This document shows, one piece after another, positions 1-9,759 of a stretch of 38,804 bases of DNA; position 1 is the stretch's first letter, and every line of letters begins with the position of its first letter. A program made the position numbers and the translations under genes. The stretch is taken from contig JALOPK010000001.1 in NCBI GenBank assembly GCA_025453925.1, forward strand, positions 1 through 38,804, in the 5' to 3' direction. The DNA comes from Candidatus Eiseniibacteriota bacterium. Lineage in GTDB: Bacteria > JAFGKV01. Under the pieces are notes generated by a model. The model was given only the letters and a program-made list of their open reading frames with translations. It had not been told where the DNA came from and searched no databases.

Positions 1-259
1 CGCCGTAGCAGTCGCGCACTTCATGGCACATAGGCGCGCGCATAGCCCGGACCGAGTGGCGGTTTGGTCTTGCCCTTCGGGGACATCGGGGCGTATCTAG
101 TCGGTCTATCCTGTCTGTCTCCCGGTGACTTGCTCTCACGGGCCCAGATGAGCTGGCCAAACATGTGGGTCATCATCAGTCCGGTGCCATCTCACTGATC
201 GCCCCGTCGCTGCGGCCCCGCAGCCGCAAGACTCTGCGGAAAGGGGACGACGCAGCATC

Positions 260-2578
260 ATGACACGATCGTTTCTCCTGATTCCCATCGCGATCTGTCT
301 GGCAGTGATCGGGTGTCGCACGAGTGAACCGCCCAATTGCGTGGTGAGTCTGCTGGATCAAATACCCGAGGAGCAACCCGCTGGGCCCTGGCGAGTGGTG
401 ATTCCACCCAAGGAGATCTCGTCCCTCATGCGCTTTGCCGACAATCACGATGACTCGCGGCTCGCACGCATGGGGGCCCTTCGCCTGCCCGTTGTGCTCA
501 GGCGCGGGACCACCGTTCTCGTGAGGCTCGCCTATGACCGGAGGTGGCAGGATCCCGTGGACATGACGGTGCGACTCCTGTCTGGAGAGCGCGTGCTCCA
601 CGCAACCTCGCAGCGGCTGATGGCGAGTTGGGCAGAGACGCGGTTCAGGAGCCCGCTTGGCGGCGAAGCCATCCTGGAGATTCGGCATCGCACTGGTGCC
701 GACGGGGAGAACCGCCTCCAATCACTCCTCGTCCTGGACATGGACGGAACCGCGACGGCCGACGACCGCGCTCGGGCCAGAACGCTGGCCGCGTGGGCGG
801 TGCGCGCCGGCCGATCAGAGGCTGACATGGGGCTTGTGCGCAGGAGGTTTCAACTCCAGTGTGATGGCCATCGCCGGCCGGTCACGCTCATTGTCGCCGG
901 CGACACGGTGTCCTTTGCGATACCCCCGCTGGAGATGCCTGCAAGTCTCCGCCTCTGGAGCAGGCTGCTGCGGGGTTCCAGGCGAGGTTCCGACGGCCTC
1001 GCCATCCAGCTGAGGACTCTCGAAGGGACTCGGGTCCTCGCCTCGCGGAGCTGCAGGGAGTTGCCCGCGAAGGAGTGGCGCCAGTTTGATATTGGGATCC
1101 CCCGACTCGAACGGGGGGGCACTCTGCGCATAGGCGTCCGAGGGGGTGAAGCGGTGGTCGCGATGGGGTCTCCGCTGCTGCTGTCTACCGACCGAACGAC
1201 GCCACGGAAGAACGTTGTTCTCATCGATCTGGACACGGTGAGGGCTGATCGGCTGGGGTGCTATGGCTATCGCGAGCGCCCCACCACACAACGACTGGAC
1301 TCCGTGCTGACGGAACGGGGGTTTGCCGTCTTCCGACGAGCATACTCGGGCGGACCATGGACGGTACCTGCGACAGCGAAGTTCTTCACCTCCCGTTACC
1401 GTAACATCGTCCCCTACTTCGAACTCCCTCGCCAGTACACCACACTTGCCGAGTTCCTGAGCACCCAGGGCTACTACTGCGCGGCGATCACGGGAGGGGG
1501 GGTACTTCAGTTGGCAGGATTCGACCAAGGCTTCCACGAGTACCGGTGGGACCCAGAGGAGGGCCGTGTCGTGGGGAAGGTCGAGGCCGTCTTTCCCCAC
1601 GCAGAGCGGTGGCTAAGGTCCATCGACGTTCGTCCGTTCTTCCTGTTTGTCCACACATACGAGGCTCACGCGCCCTACACCAGGGGAATACTCTGTCGAG
1701 ATCTTCCCCATGGCAGTCTTGGTGATCTGACCAAAGGAGAGCCGCTGTTCACACAGGTGAACCCCAGCAAGCGAACCGCTGCCCGTCGGGATTGGCCCAC
1801 AGCGGGAGAGGTCGTGAAGCCTGAGAGGGCGCTCACGCCCCAGGAGAGCACCTACGTTCAAGCAGCCTATGACGGTGGCGTGCGTACGGCGTCTGATGCT
1901 GTCGCCGAGATGCTTGGCGTGCTGGAAGAGCGCGGTCTCTGGCAGAACACCGTGGTGATCATTCTCAGTGACCACGGCGAGGAATTCTGGGAGCATTCGG
2001 CCAAGTTCGGCGAGCATTGCTCAATGTCAGTGTACGGGGAGCTGATCAACGTACCGTTCATGGTGTACGATCCCCCGGGGGCTGGCCGCGGTGTCAAAAT
2101 GATCATGACCGAAGTGAGCACCGTCGATCTCCTCCCGACCGTTGCCGATCTGCTGGGTATCGAGATGACGTTGCCCTGCGACGGCGTGAGCATTGCTGGC
2201 TCAATCAGGGGGAGAGAAATCGAGCGACGAGTCCCGATCATGGCATTGACCTATGAGCCGGGCCATCCAGAGGAGGAGAGGGCGTGCGTAGTGGCCGCAG
2301 GTTTGAAGTATGTGGAACCCCTCCGGCCTGAGGCGGCGGGGCGCTCCCCCTATCCTTCCGGTGAGCAGCTCTACCATCTTTCCGATGACCCACCAGAAGC
2401 CAGGAATCGGGTGTCGAATGCGGATACGCTGACAACATCAATGGCAGCATTGCTGCGGCGTGGTTTGTCGCTGGCACACCCAGAGATGGTGACCGTTGAG
2501 GAAGGCCCTATCGACCTAATCTCGGACGACGCCAGATCGCAGCTTCGCGCACTGGGGTACCTCGAAGAACCCCAATGA
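260..2578 (+). CDS. Sulfatase-fold (alkaline-phosphatase superfamily) lipoprotein with a ~310-aa N-terminal domain of unknown function
   Basis: 772-aa ORF with ATG at 260. The N-terminus MTRSFLLIPIAICLAVIGC is a signal peptide plus lipobox. The C-terminal half carries sulfatase-fold blocks VVLIDLDTVRADRLG and SDHGEEFWEH. The nucleophile position reads T-V-P-A-T (nt 1361-1375), not C/S-x-P-x-R. Confidence 0.8.
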   Translation: MTRSFLLIPIAICLAVIGCRTSEPPNCVVSLLDQIPEEQPAGPWRVVIPPKEISSLMRFADNHDDSRLARMGALRLPVVLRRGTTVLVRLAYDRRWQDPVDMTVRLLSGERVLHATSQRLMASWAETRFRSPLGGEAILEIRHRTGADGENRLQSLLVLDMDGTATADDRARARTLAAWAVRAGRSEADMGLVRRRFQLQCDGHRRPVTLIVAGDTVSFAIPPLEMPASLRLWSRLLRGSRRGSDGLAIQLRTLEGTRVLASRSCRELPAKEWRQFDIGIPRLERGGTLRIGVRGGEAVVAMGSPLLLSTDRTTPRKNVVLIDLDTVRADRLGCYGYRERPTTQRLDSVLTERGFAVFRRAYSGGPWTVPATAKFFTSRYRNIVPYFELPRQYTTLAEFLSTQGYYCAAITGGGVLQLAGFDQGFHEYRWDPEEGRVVGKVEAVFPHAERWLRSIDVRPFFLFVHTYEAHAPYTRGILCRDLPHGSLGDLTKGEPLFTQVNPSKRTAARRDWPTAGEVVKPERALTPQESTYVQAAYDGGVRTASDAVAEMLGVLEERGLWQNTVVIILSDHGEEFWEHSAKFGEHCSMSVYGELINVPFMVYDPPGAGRGVKMIMTEVSTVDLLPTVADLLGIEMTLPCDGVSIAGSIRGREIERRVPIMALTYEPGHPEEERACVVAAGLKYVEPLRPEAAGRSPYPSGEQLYHLSDDPPEARNRVSNADTLTTSMAALLRRGLSLAHPEMVTVEEGPIDLISDDARSQLRALGYLEEPQ

Positions 2579-2859
2579 ACGTGACGCCGCATGCTCATCC
2601 CCCAGATCGTGGCATGGCCGCCCCTCGGGAGCGATCTGTCTCCTGCGAGCCATGGTGGCCCGTGGCAGCACCACTTCTTGGTGGCGCGGCCCGCGCTCCC
2701 GCGGTGGGTCCGGTTCGCTTGGCGATGCCGACATTACGTGCTCAGCCCGACGTCAGTGGACTCCACACGTACCGGTCGAGTGTAGCTCCGGGCAGACTTC
2801 CCGAGTTGCCCAGGTATGTGGCAAGACGGAAAGCCCGGACACCTCAGATTGCAGGCGTG

Positions 2860-5232
2860 ATGTCAGGGGATTGCCTTCATACTCGGAGCACCGGGGCGGC
2901 CCGCATAGTCGTGGAAACCAGCTTCGAAAGCGCCCACCCGCGTGGGAACCCGCGGCGGAGGCTCTTTCCCTGCTTGGGGACATGGCGCTGCTTCCTGGTC
3001 AGCATCGCGGCGGCCGTGATCGCGGCCGGTTGCGGAGTAGGGACGAGCCCCAAGGAGAGGGCAAGGCTTGGAGTCATGAGTTTGCTCGACCAGGTTTCCG
3101 AATCGGCTCCGGCGGGACCATGGCGCGTTGTGCTCATCTGGAGGAGCAGAACCGAGGGGAAAGACGCGCCCTCCCCTCGCGCACGGCTCATGCTCGACCG
3201 AGGGGCAGCCCCGCGAGGAGAGGTTTTCGTGCGCGTCGCGTTTCCCCGGCGTTGGGGAAACGGCCAAACTCTCGTGTTGCGCCTTGGACGTGACGAGAGA
3301 GTGCTCTCCTCAGCTGCCTGTCCCTTGGGAAGGAGTTGGGCAGAGGCGGTTCTCGACGCTCCAGGCTCTGATGCCGAGTGGCTCGCGTTTGACTACACGG
3401 GCTTGTCGGCCCCTCCCGTTGCGCCGAACGCCGTCGTTGCCGCAGTTCTTGACGATTCGGCCACTGCGAATGACAGGACGCGGTTATCGATGCTGCTGAG
3501 ATGGGCCGCGCGGGACGCGGGCCAAGGCGAAACATGGCTTCAGTTCCGGCGGTCCCGGCTGAAGCTGGACCGGTCTTCCCTCCCGTGCGTCTCGCTCATC
3601 AACGCCGACACGCTCTCCTTTGTGATCCCGCCACAACTCGAGTGGAGGGACTTGACGTTCTCCGCCGCGGGGCTGCGATTCTCAGGTACCCCCGCGACCT
3701 TGGCGGTGCAGGCATTCATCGACGCGTCATGGAAACCGGTTGGTTTGTTCCATGTTGCTGCGCGCGACACGGCGCCCTGCCCCCACACGATAGTCCGGAC
3801 CGGGACGTGGACACATGTCCGGTTCATCACGTCGGGCGATGAGACCGTCATCGGACTTGTCGATCCGATTCTACGCGGAGGCTCGTCGTTCGAACGACGC
3901 AACCTGATCCTCATTGATCTTGACACCGTGCGCGCCGACCGGCTCGGCTGCTACGGGTATCGCGACAGGCCGACTTCACAACGGCTGGATTCGCTGCTCG
4001 AGGCGCGAGGGTTTTTCGTATTCAGGCATGCCCGCTCTGCAGGGCCGCACACGTTGCCCGCCACGGCGAAGTTCCTCACCTCCCGCTACCTCAACGTCCA
4101 CCGCAACGGCGTGGTGCCGTCGGAGTACGAGACCCTGGCGGAGCGCCTGCGGGCAGAGGGGTACTACTGCGCGGCATTCACCGGCGGTGCTATCCTCGAG
4201 GGTCGCGGGTTCGAGCAGGGCTTCCACGAGTACCACTGGACGAACTGGTATGGCAAAGTCGATGAGATCTATCCGGATGCGATCCGCTGGCTTCGGGAGT
4301 CGACATGGCGCCCCTTCTTCCTGTTTGTTCACACCTATGAAGCGCATGGGCCGTACACGCGAGATGTGTTCTGCCGCGGTCTGCCGCGCGGCCGGCTTGG
4401 TGACCTCGCCAAGGGGGAGGCTCTCTTCCGCAAGGCTGAAAGGACGACGATCCGCCGAGGGGCGCTCACGCCGGCGGAGAGCACGTACGTGCAGGCGGCG
4501 TACGATGGCGGGATTCGAGCCGCCTGCGACGCCACCGTGGATCTCCTCGCTCATCTCGATTCCATAGGCGCATGGGGCCAGACGGTCGTCGTGGTGCTCA
4601 GTGACCACGGAGAGGAGTTCTGGGAACACTCAGATATCGGGGCTCACCATTCCCCGGCCTCTCTGTACGCGGAACTCCTCGATGTGCCCTTCATGATCCA
4701 CGATCCCGAGCGCAACTTTGCGGGGGCCGTTTCTCTGTGGAGTGAAGTGAGCACGGTGGATCTGATGCCCACCGTGTGCGATCTCCTCGATATTCCCTTC
4801 CCCGCCGACTGCGACGGTGTGAGCCTCAGGCCTGCCATGGACGGCGAGCCGGTGGCCAGACGCATCCCGATCATGGCCACCAACGATCCCGGTATTCCCG
4901 GAGTCGTTCCCCGGGCATGCGTTTATCGCGGGATGAGGAAATACATCGAACGGGCCGGAGTACATCGGATTGGCGCGGCATCTTCCGTCTCCCGCGCCGG
5001 CGGAGATCCCTACTCGACCACGAGGCAGCTCTTCGACCTCACGGCCGATCCTCGTGAGAGCCAGAACCTCGCGGAGCGCATGCCTGCGGCCAGCGAGGAA
5101 CTCTCAGCCACCCTCGACACCGCGCTCGTCCTGGCGACCGATCCTGCCGCCCGCCCCATGGTACCGGCAGGCCCCGTGATGTCCGAGCGGCTCAGACGTC
5201 AGCTTCGCGTGCTCGGCTACGTTGACGACTAG
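2860..5232 (+). CDS. Paralogous sulfatase-fold lipoprotein (tandem duplicate of 260-2578)
   Basis: The ORF is open from 2575, where its ATG overlaps the upstream TGA as ATGA. The lipobox AVIAAGC (Cys codon 3031-3033) argues for a later start: ATG 2860, GTG 2911 or TTG 2974. It is collinear with gene 1 (SLLDQ..PAGPWRVV, LILIDLDTVRADRLGCYGYRDRPT, SDHGEEFWEH). The nucleophile position reads T-L-P-A-T (nt 4051-4065). The start is uncertain. Confidence 0.75.
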   Translation: MSGDCLHTRSTGAARIVVETSFESAHPRGNPRRRLFPCLGTWRCFLVSIAAAVIAAGCGVGTSPKERARLGVMSLLDQVSESAPAGPWRVVLIWRSRTEGKDAPSPRARLMLDRGAAPRGEVFVRVAFPRRWGNGQTLVLRLGRDERVLSSAACPLGRSWAEAVLDAPGSDAEWLAFDYTGLSAPPVAPNAVVAAVLDDSATANDRTRLSMLLRWAARDAGQGETWLQFRRSRLKLDRSSLPCVSLINADTLSFVIPPQLEWRDLTFSAAGLRFSGTPATLAVQAFIDASWKPVGLFHVAARDTAPCPHTIVRTGTWTHVRFITSGDETVIGLVDPILRGGSSFERRNLILIDLDTVRADRLGCYGYRDRPTSQRLDSLLEARGFFVFRHARSAGPHTLPATAKFLTSRYLNVHRNGVVPSEYETLAERLRAEGYYCAAFTGGAILEGRGFEQGFHEYHWTNWYGKVDEIYPDAIRWLRESTWRPFFLFVHTYEAHGPYTRDVFCRGLPRGRLGDLAKGEALFRKAERTTIRRGALTPAESTYVQAAYDGGIRAACDATVDLLAHLDSIGAWGQTVVVVLSDHGEEFWEHSDIGAHHSPASLYAELLDVPFMIHDPERNFAGAVSLWSEVSTVDLMPTVCDLLDIPFPADCDGVSLRPAMDGEPVARRIPIMATNDPGIPGVVPRACVYRGMRKYIERAGVHRIGAASSVSRAGGDPYSTTRQLFDLTADPRESQNLAERMPAASEELSATLDTALVLATDPAARPMVPAGPVMSERLRRQLRVLGYVDD

Positions 5233-5423
5233 GCGCCCCGCAACGCGGCCTCGCGCGCGGGTCTCATGGGTTGATCTGCCCCGGCGTCGCGCCACCACCG
5301 GCGCCCGGGCTCCGTGGAGTGCGGCAACACGTGCGTGAAAGGAACCACACAGGGCATGCATGATGGGGCCGGCTGGCATGGGAGACGCAGAAGAGGCGGC
5401 GCAGGATCGAAAGGCCGGGAGGG

Positions 5424-8400
5424 CTACTCACCGGCAAGCTCCTGCTGCACGAGGCTGAGATACGCCCGCGATTGACGCGAACGCAGCCCCAGGCGGGCCT
5501 TCTGGTCGGCGATCGCGGCGGACGGGTCTCTCCCCTGGTCACGATATGCGCGGGCGGCCCCGACGGCGACGGCGTCAAGTGACACCCCTCTCGCACCCCG
5601 TGGCTGTCTGGCAAGGATGAGTGTTCGGGCGGCGGTGGCGTACGCATCGAGTGCACAGTCAAGGGCTCCGTGGGCACCGCAGGTATCTCCGAGTTCCAGG
5701 AGCTGACCCGCGTAGGCGAGGGACGGCATGTTGAGGAAGTGGGCATTCGCTAGGGCCGCTGCGGCCTGATCAAAGCGACCCGATTCGCGGCAGGCCAGCG
5801 CAAGATCCCTCCAGTACACCGGCCACAGCGGCTCGAAGAACGCATTCGGCCGCCATGCCGCGGCGGCGCGCGCGAGGTGGGGGATCGCCTCCGCATACCG
5901 CCGTTCACTGCACATCAACATGCCGAGCTGGTGATGGAGCCACGGATCATCCCACAGGAGGAGCGCGTGCCCCAGCTCAGTCTCTGCAGCCTCGACGGCG
6001 CCCAGCATGAGCAGTGCGGTGGCGCGACGGCCCATCAGCTTGCCGTGGGCCACCGAGTTCCTCTCCGTGAGGCGTTCGAGGCGTTCGAGGGCGTCCAGCG
6101 CACGCTGTGGTTCATCCCACCGCCGGTACGCGGCAACCAGATTTGAGAGCACGTACCGCATCAACGCGGAGTCTCCCGTGCGCTCGGCGCGGGAGAGCAG
6201 GCGATCCGCCACCATTGTGAGGGATATGCCTCCCTCCGCCACGGAGACTGCCGTGCTCGGTTGTCCGGTGCGGCCGAGGTGAGAGTCGATGAGCTGAAGA
6301 AGCTCGGTGTCGACGAGGCCAGTCCGGGCGAAACGAGGCAGCGCCCCGGACAGCATGATATCACCCTGGGCGATTCGCCATTCAGGGCCGCGTAATGCGG
6401 CAGGGTCCAGAAACAGCGCGTCGGCGAAAGCTCCGAGCGCCCCCTCTTCGTCGCCTGCGGCGGCGAGCGCAGCACCAAGGTCCGCCTGAGGGACCTCTCC
6501 GTCCATCCCGAATGGGTCGAGTTCGACCGACCGCCGGAAGGCTCCGATGGCATCGTCGAGGCGCCCCTCCCGCCACAGCAGCCACCCGATCCTTGAATGA
6601 TAGGGTGCGTAGAGGTTGCGGCGACTCACAGCCGCCGCGTAGTGTGCGAGCGCCTTCTCGCCCGCGCTGATATCACCCAGCGCCGCCTGTATCTCCGCAT
6701 CCAACGGGTTGAGACGGCCCGCATGGCGCAGTCGATCCTCCCGCCCCGCGTCTCCCGCGCCGGGCGCCGCTTGTTTACCTGGCGCCCCCATGCTTTGGGA
6801 CGCCAAAGGTCGCACGACGAAGAGGAGGGCAGCGATGAACACACACGCCGCGGCCCAAATGGCGCCCGATCCCGAGTGATGCGGCTGACGACTCGCCGTT
6901 TCGGGGGCATCAGCCGCAGCGATCCGTTGCACCCCGTTGATGACTCCCAGAAGTACGAAGAAGCAGAGGGGAAGGACCGTACCCGTGCTCAGCGTCAGCA
7001 CCAGAACGTGCGGGACGAGAAGGGCCACAACTCCGGCACTGGCCGCCTCCGTCCGGGAACGGATTTCCTGGGCAACCGAAGGCCTCCGCAGACGCCGTAT
7101 CCCCGCGCACGCCGCCAGAATCACGGCAGCCAATGCAGCAACACCGAGCACGCCCGTGGACTCTGCGATCTCCAGCCCGAGATTGTGCGGATGCCATCCG
7201 ACGCGCCACTCGTTCAGGAGCGACTCGCGGATCGGCGCGAGGCCGCCGGCCTCGACGATTCCCGCCACAGGCACCCGGACCATGGCCGGGATGAGATGAT
7301 TCCCGAAGCCTACCCCGAGCAGCGGGCGATGCCCGATGACGTCAACCGTCAACCGCCACGTGGCCGCCCTGCGGGTGAGTTCCCCGCTTTCGGCGCGCAG
7401 CGACCACGCCAGCATCAGCATCGCCGCAGGCGCGAGGACCATAACCCACCACCACCCGACCTTCCGGCGTGGCCTCGTCAAGCGAAGAAGCAGTAGGGTC
7501 AAGAGGCCCGCGAGCAGCCCCGCGGCGGCAGAACGGGAGTAGGTGAGAACCGTGGGCGGGAGCAGCAGCGCGGCCGCGCCGATGGCCAGCCATCTCCGGG
7601 GGCCGGACCACGTCCCCGCCAGACTCGCGGCCAGGGTGATCATGGCCGCCCCGTAGGTGGCGAGACCGTTGGCGTGGAGTACGCGCAGCCCGAGCCGTGC
7701 CCGCAGCGCGGTCTCCCACCCCATCTTCGAGGCATAGGCGACCACCCCGGCCGCCGCCGCCGCCGCCACCACCGCCGCCACCGCAAGCAGGGTCGTGAGC
7801 AGCCGGTCCACACGGTCAAGACTGCGCACACTCCCCGCGACGAGAAAGAAGACGACCATCCAGGTCAGAAGCCTGACCCACACAGACAGGCTCTGGTGCG
7901 GATAGGGGGAGACCACAGTGGCGGCGAGGCCAACTGCCGCGAAGGCGAGGACGGCGAGATCCAGCATCGTGGGGCGGTCGAGTTCCAAGACTGCCAGGGA
8001 GGCGGTGATGAGCACGATCGCCGCCATCAGGGATCCACGGCTGCCCTCCAGGAGGAATAGATGCCCGTTCACCGCGCCGAAGGTCACGATTGCGGTGACT
8101 CCCATCCACACGGCGCCTCGGATGGGATCATCGCCCGCCGTTCCCCACACCGACGACACCAGGAATGCACCGTACACCAGTATCAGGAATGGGCTCAGGT
8201 TGACCGAGAAGACCGACCCGAGACTCGTCACCCGGGGAAGGTCGTGCACCGAATCAACGGTGATCAGGAACGCGCATGCCTCAACGGCGATGACTGCCAG
8301 CAGCGCCGGTACGTTCCGCGGGAGGCGAGGCCGCCGAGCCCGCCGCCATCGTTCCCACGCCATGACCGCGGCGAGCGTGGCCATGGTCAGCAGCCCCAAT

Positions 8401-8564
8401 CCCGTGACGGCCCGGCCTCCTGTGGCGCGCCAGAGCGGGAGAGTCGCGGCCAGAAGAACGACGATGGTCACCAGAGAGAAGGAGACGGCCGCCCACGGGG
8501 CCCGCCTTGAGGCACCCGCGCGCGAGCACGCAGTGCCCGCTCGACGCTCAGGCGAGGGCTGCAT
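5424..8564 (-). CDS. O-antigen ligase/polymerase family (Wzy_C-like) polytopic membrane protein fused to a ~430-aa C-terminal TPR-like domain
   Basis: The long ORF reaches 8732, but its first 56 codons overlap the upstream GT4, so I take ATG 8564 (17-nt overlap). It has many hydrophobic helices. Wzy_C-type blocks are TYSRSAAAGLLAGL, GVGFGN and HPHNLGLEIAESTGVLG. The C-terminal helical repeats look TPR-like (YHSRIGWLLWREGRLDDAIGAFRRSVELDP). Confidence 0.8.
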   Translation of the reverse strand: MQPSPERRAGTACSRAGASRRAPWAAVSFSLVTIVVLLAATLPLWRATGGRAVTGLGLLTMATLAAVMAWERWRRARRPRLPRNVPALLAVIAVEACAFLITVDSVHDLPRVTSLGSVFSVNLSPFLILVYGAFLVSSVWGTAGDDPIRGAVWMGVTAIVTFGAVNGHLFLLEGSRGSLMAAIVLITASLAVLELDRPTMLDLAVLAFAAVGLAATVVSPYPHQSLSVWVRLLTWMVVFFLVAGSVRSLDRVDRLLTTLLAVAAVVAAAAAAGVVAYASKMGWETALRARLGLRVLHANGLATYGAAMITLAASLAGTWSGPRRWLAIGAAALLLPPTVLTYSRSAAAGLLAGLLTLLLLRLTRPRRKVGWWWVMVLAPAAMLMLAWSLRAESGELTRRAATWRLTVDVIGHRPLLGVGFGNHLIPAMVRVPVAGIVEAGGLAPIRESLLNEWRVGWHPHNLGLEIAESTGVLGVAALAAVILAACAGIRRLRRPSVAQEIRSRTEAASAGVVALLVPHVLVLTLSTGTVLPLCFFVLLGVINGVQRIAAADAPETASRQPHHSGSGAIWAAACVFIAALLFVVRPLASQSMGAPGKQAAPGAGDAGREDRLRHAGRLNPLDAEIQAALGDISAGEKALAHYAAAVSRRNLYAPYHSRIGWLLWREGRLDDAIGAFRRSVELDPFGMDGEVPQADLGAALAAAGDEEGALGAFADALFLDPAALRGPEWRIAQGDIMLSGALPRFARTGLVDTELLQLIDSHLGRTGQPSTAVSVAEGGISLTMVADRLLSRAERTGDSALMRYVLSNLVAAYRRWDEPQRALDALERLERLTERNSVAHGKLMGRRATALLMLGAVEAAETELGHALLLWDDPWLHHQLGMLMCSERRYAEAIPHLARAAAAWRPNAFFEPLWPVYWRDLALACRESGRFDQAAAALANAHFLNMPSLAYAGQLLELGDTCGAHGALDCALDAYATAARTLILARQPRGARGVSLDAVAVGAARAYRDQGRDPSAAIADQKARLGLRSRQSRAYLSLVQQELAGE

Positions 8565-9759
8565 ACGCGTCGAGTAGGCGCGAGATGTGCGTCTCGGTGG
8601 AGAAGGTTTCAATGACACGCTTGCGGCCGGCCCGGCCCATGTCTTCCGCCTCTTGCGGGGCCGACCAGAGTCTGCGGATGGCCGTGGCCAAAGCGGCCGG
8701 GTCTCCTGGCGGCACCAGCACTCCGTCCACACCGTCCTTCACCACGTCGGGGATGCCGCCGATTCCGCTCGCCACCACGGGCTTCCCCGCGACCCATGAC
8801 TCAAGGATGGAAATCCCAAAGACTTCATACCAGATCGACGGCAGCACTGTGAGACGGCATCCCGCAATGGTCCGCCCCAGCCGGTCGCCCGCCAGATGGC
8901 CGAGAAATCGGACATTATTGAGGCCGAGTTCCGTGGACAGGCGCTCAAGATCCTCGCGCACCGGACCCTCGCCTGCCACAAAGAGCGGCACTTCGGGCAG
9001 TAGCCGCATGGCGCGCAGCAGGATGGGCAGGCCTTTCTCCCGTGAGAGCCTCCCCGCGAAGAGGACATACGGGCCTGCCTCCGGTTCGAGGAGGCGCGGC
9101 GTCACCGGCGCGAAATAGGGGATAACGGTCACCTGCCCGGGGCTCAGACCAAAGTCGATGACCTTCTGACGAACGAAGGCGGTGGGCGCGATAAGCCGTC
9201 GAGCGAAACCCTGGAATGCACCAATTGTCCTGTGTGCCGTCATTTCCGCGGCCGCCAGCAGGCTCCATGACCAGGTGCCGAGACACCGATGCGCCACCGC
9301 CTGCCAGAACCGGCCGCCGCGGCACCGCTCACATGGCCTGCCGTCCGTGAACAGGAGGTAGTTCGGGCAGATGAGCTTGTAGTCATTCAAAGTCTGCACG
9401 ACGGGGATTCCCCGACGAGTCATGGGGGGCAGAATCGAGGGTGAGAGATGGTGATAGATGTTGAAGACGTGCACGATGTCAGGCGCGAACGCGTCAAGCA
9501 CCCGTTCCATTCGCCGTGCCCCCTCGCGATACCATATCACGCGCCCTGCCACGCCCCACCTCTGTCGGCTGGAGAGCTGCCGGAAGTCGATCTCCGGCGG
9601 AAACAGGTCGGCAAAGCGCGCGGGCTCGTTGCGCGGGTGCGCCATGGTAAAGGTCTCGACGGCGTGCCCACGGTCCTCCAAGGCCCGCTTCACGCTGAAC
9701 AAATAGCGTTCCGTGCCGGAACGCACGAATCCGTGCTTGTTGACCAGCAGCACTCTCAT
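8548..9759 (-). CDS. GT4-family (GT-B) glycosyltransferase
   Basis: Start MRVLLVNKHGF at 9759 forms an ATGA overlap with the stop of the upstream gene (9756-9759). The sequence LFAGRLSREKG...EVFGISILESWVAGKPVV is the E-x7-E region typical of group-1 glycosyltransferases. The upstream part of the 585-aa ORF lies inside the neighbouring gene and is Arg/Pro-rich. Confidence 0.85.
   Translation of the reverse strand: MRVLLVNKHGFVRSGTERYLFSVKRALEDRGHAVETFTMAHPRNEPARFADLFPPEIDFRQLSSRQRWGVAGRVIWYREGARRMERVLDAFAPDIVHVFNIYHHLSPSILPPMTRRGIPVVQTLNDYKLICPNYLLFTDGRPCERCRGGRFWQAVAHRCLGTWSWSLLAAAEMTAHRTIGAFQGFARRLIAPTAFVRQKVIDFGLSPGQVTVIPYFAPVTPRLLEPEAGPYVLFAGRLSREKGLPILLRAMRLLPEVPLFVAGEGPVREDLERLSTELGLNNVRFLGHLAGDRLGRTIAGCRLTVLPSIWYEVFGISILESWVAGKPVVASGIGGIPDVVKDGVDGVLVPPGDPAALATAIRRLWSAPQEAEDMGRAGRKRVIETFSTETHISRLLDAYAALA

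Noticed and set aside
1-259. The upstream leader: a 21-codon minus-strand ORF ending near nt 26, and a GC hairpin GCTGCG-gccc-CGCAGC at 209-224.
   Set aside because: The ORF is too short and featureless. The hairpin has no U-tract and sits about 35 nt before the first gene's ATG. It could be a 5'-UTR structure, but nothing supports a specific call.
260-5232. Annotating the two left-hand genes as genuine (aryl)sulfatases.
   Set aside because: The C/S-x-P-x-R formylglycine motif is replaced by T-x-P-A-T in both, so only the fold assignment is supported.
5233-5423. Intrinsic terminator in the convergent gap between the second sulfatase-fold gene and the Wzy_C-TPR gene.
   Set aside because: I found only 4-bp stems (for example CCGC-aac-GCGG). 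There is no convincing stem-loop or U-tract.
7741-7790. A (GCC)n-like low-complexity run.
   Set aside because: It is in frame within the Wzy_C gene and encodes an Ala/Val-rich transmembrane stretch (AAVVAAAAAAGVV). It is not a tandem-repeat locus.
8565-8732. Long N-terminal extensions of several real genes in the ORF track: 8565-8732, 9760-10305, 11749-11931, 23807-24034, 25431-25601, 34318-34431, 35877-35939 and possibly 2575-2859.
   Set aside because: They overlap the preceding gene by 100-550 nt or start at TTG. Their translations are Arg/Pro/Gly-rich with no family features. Internal starts give canonical N-termini (MRVLLVN..., MRVLMVA..., signal peptides, alignment to a paralogue's Met1, or an AGGGAG RBS).
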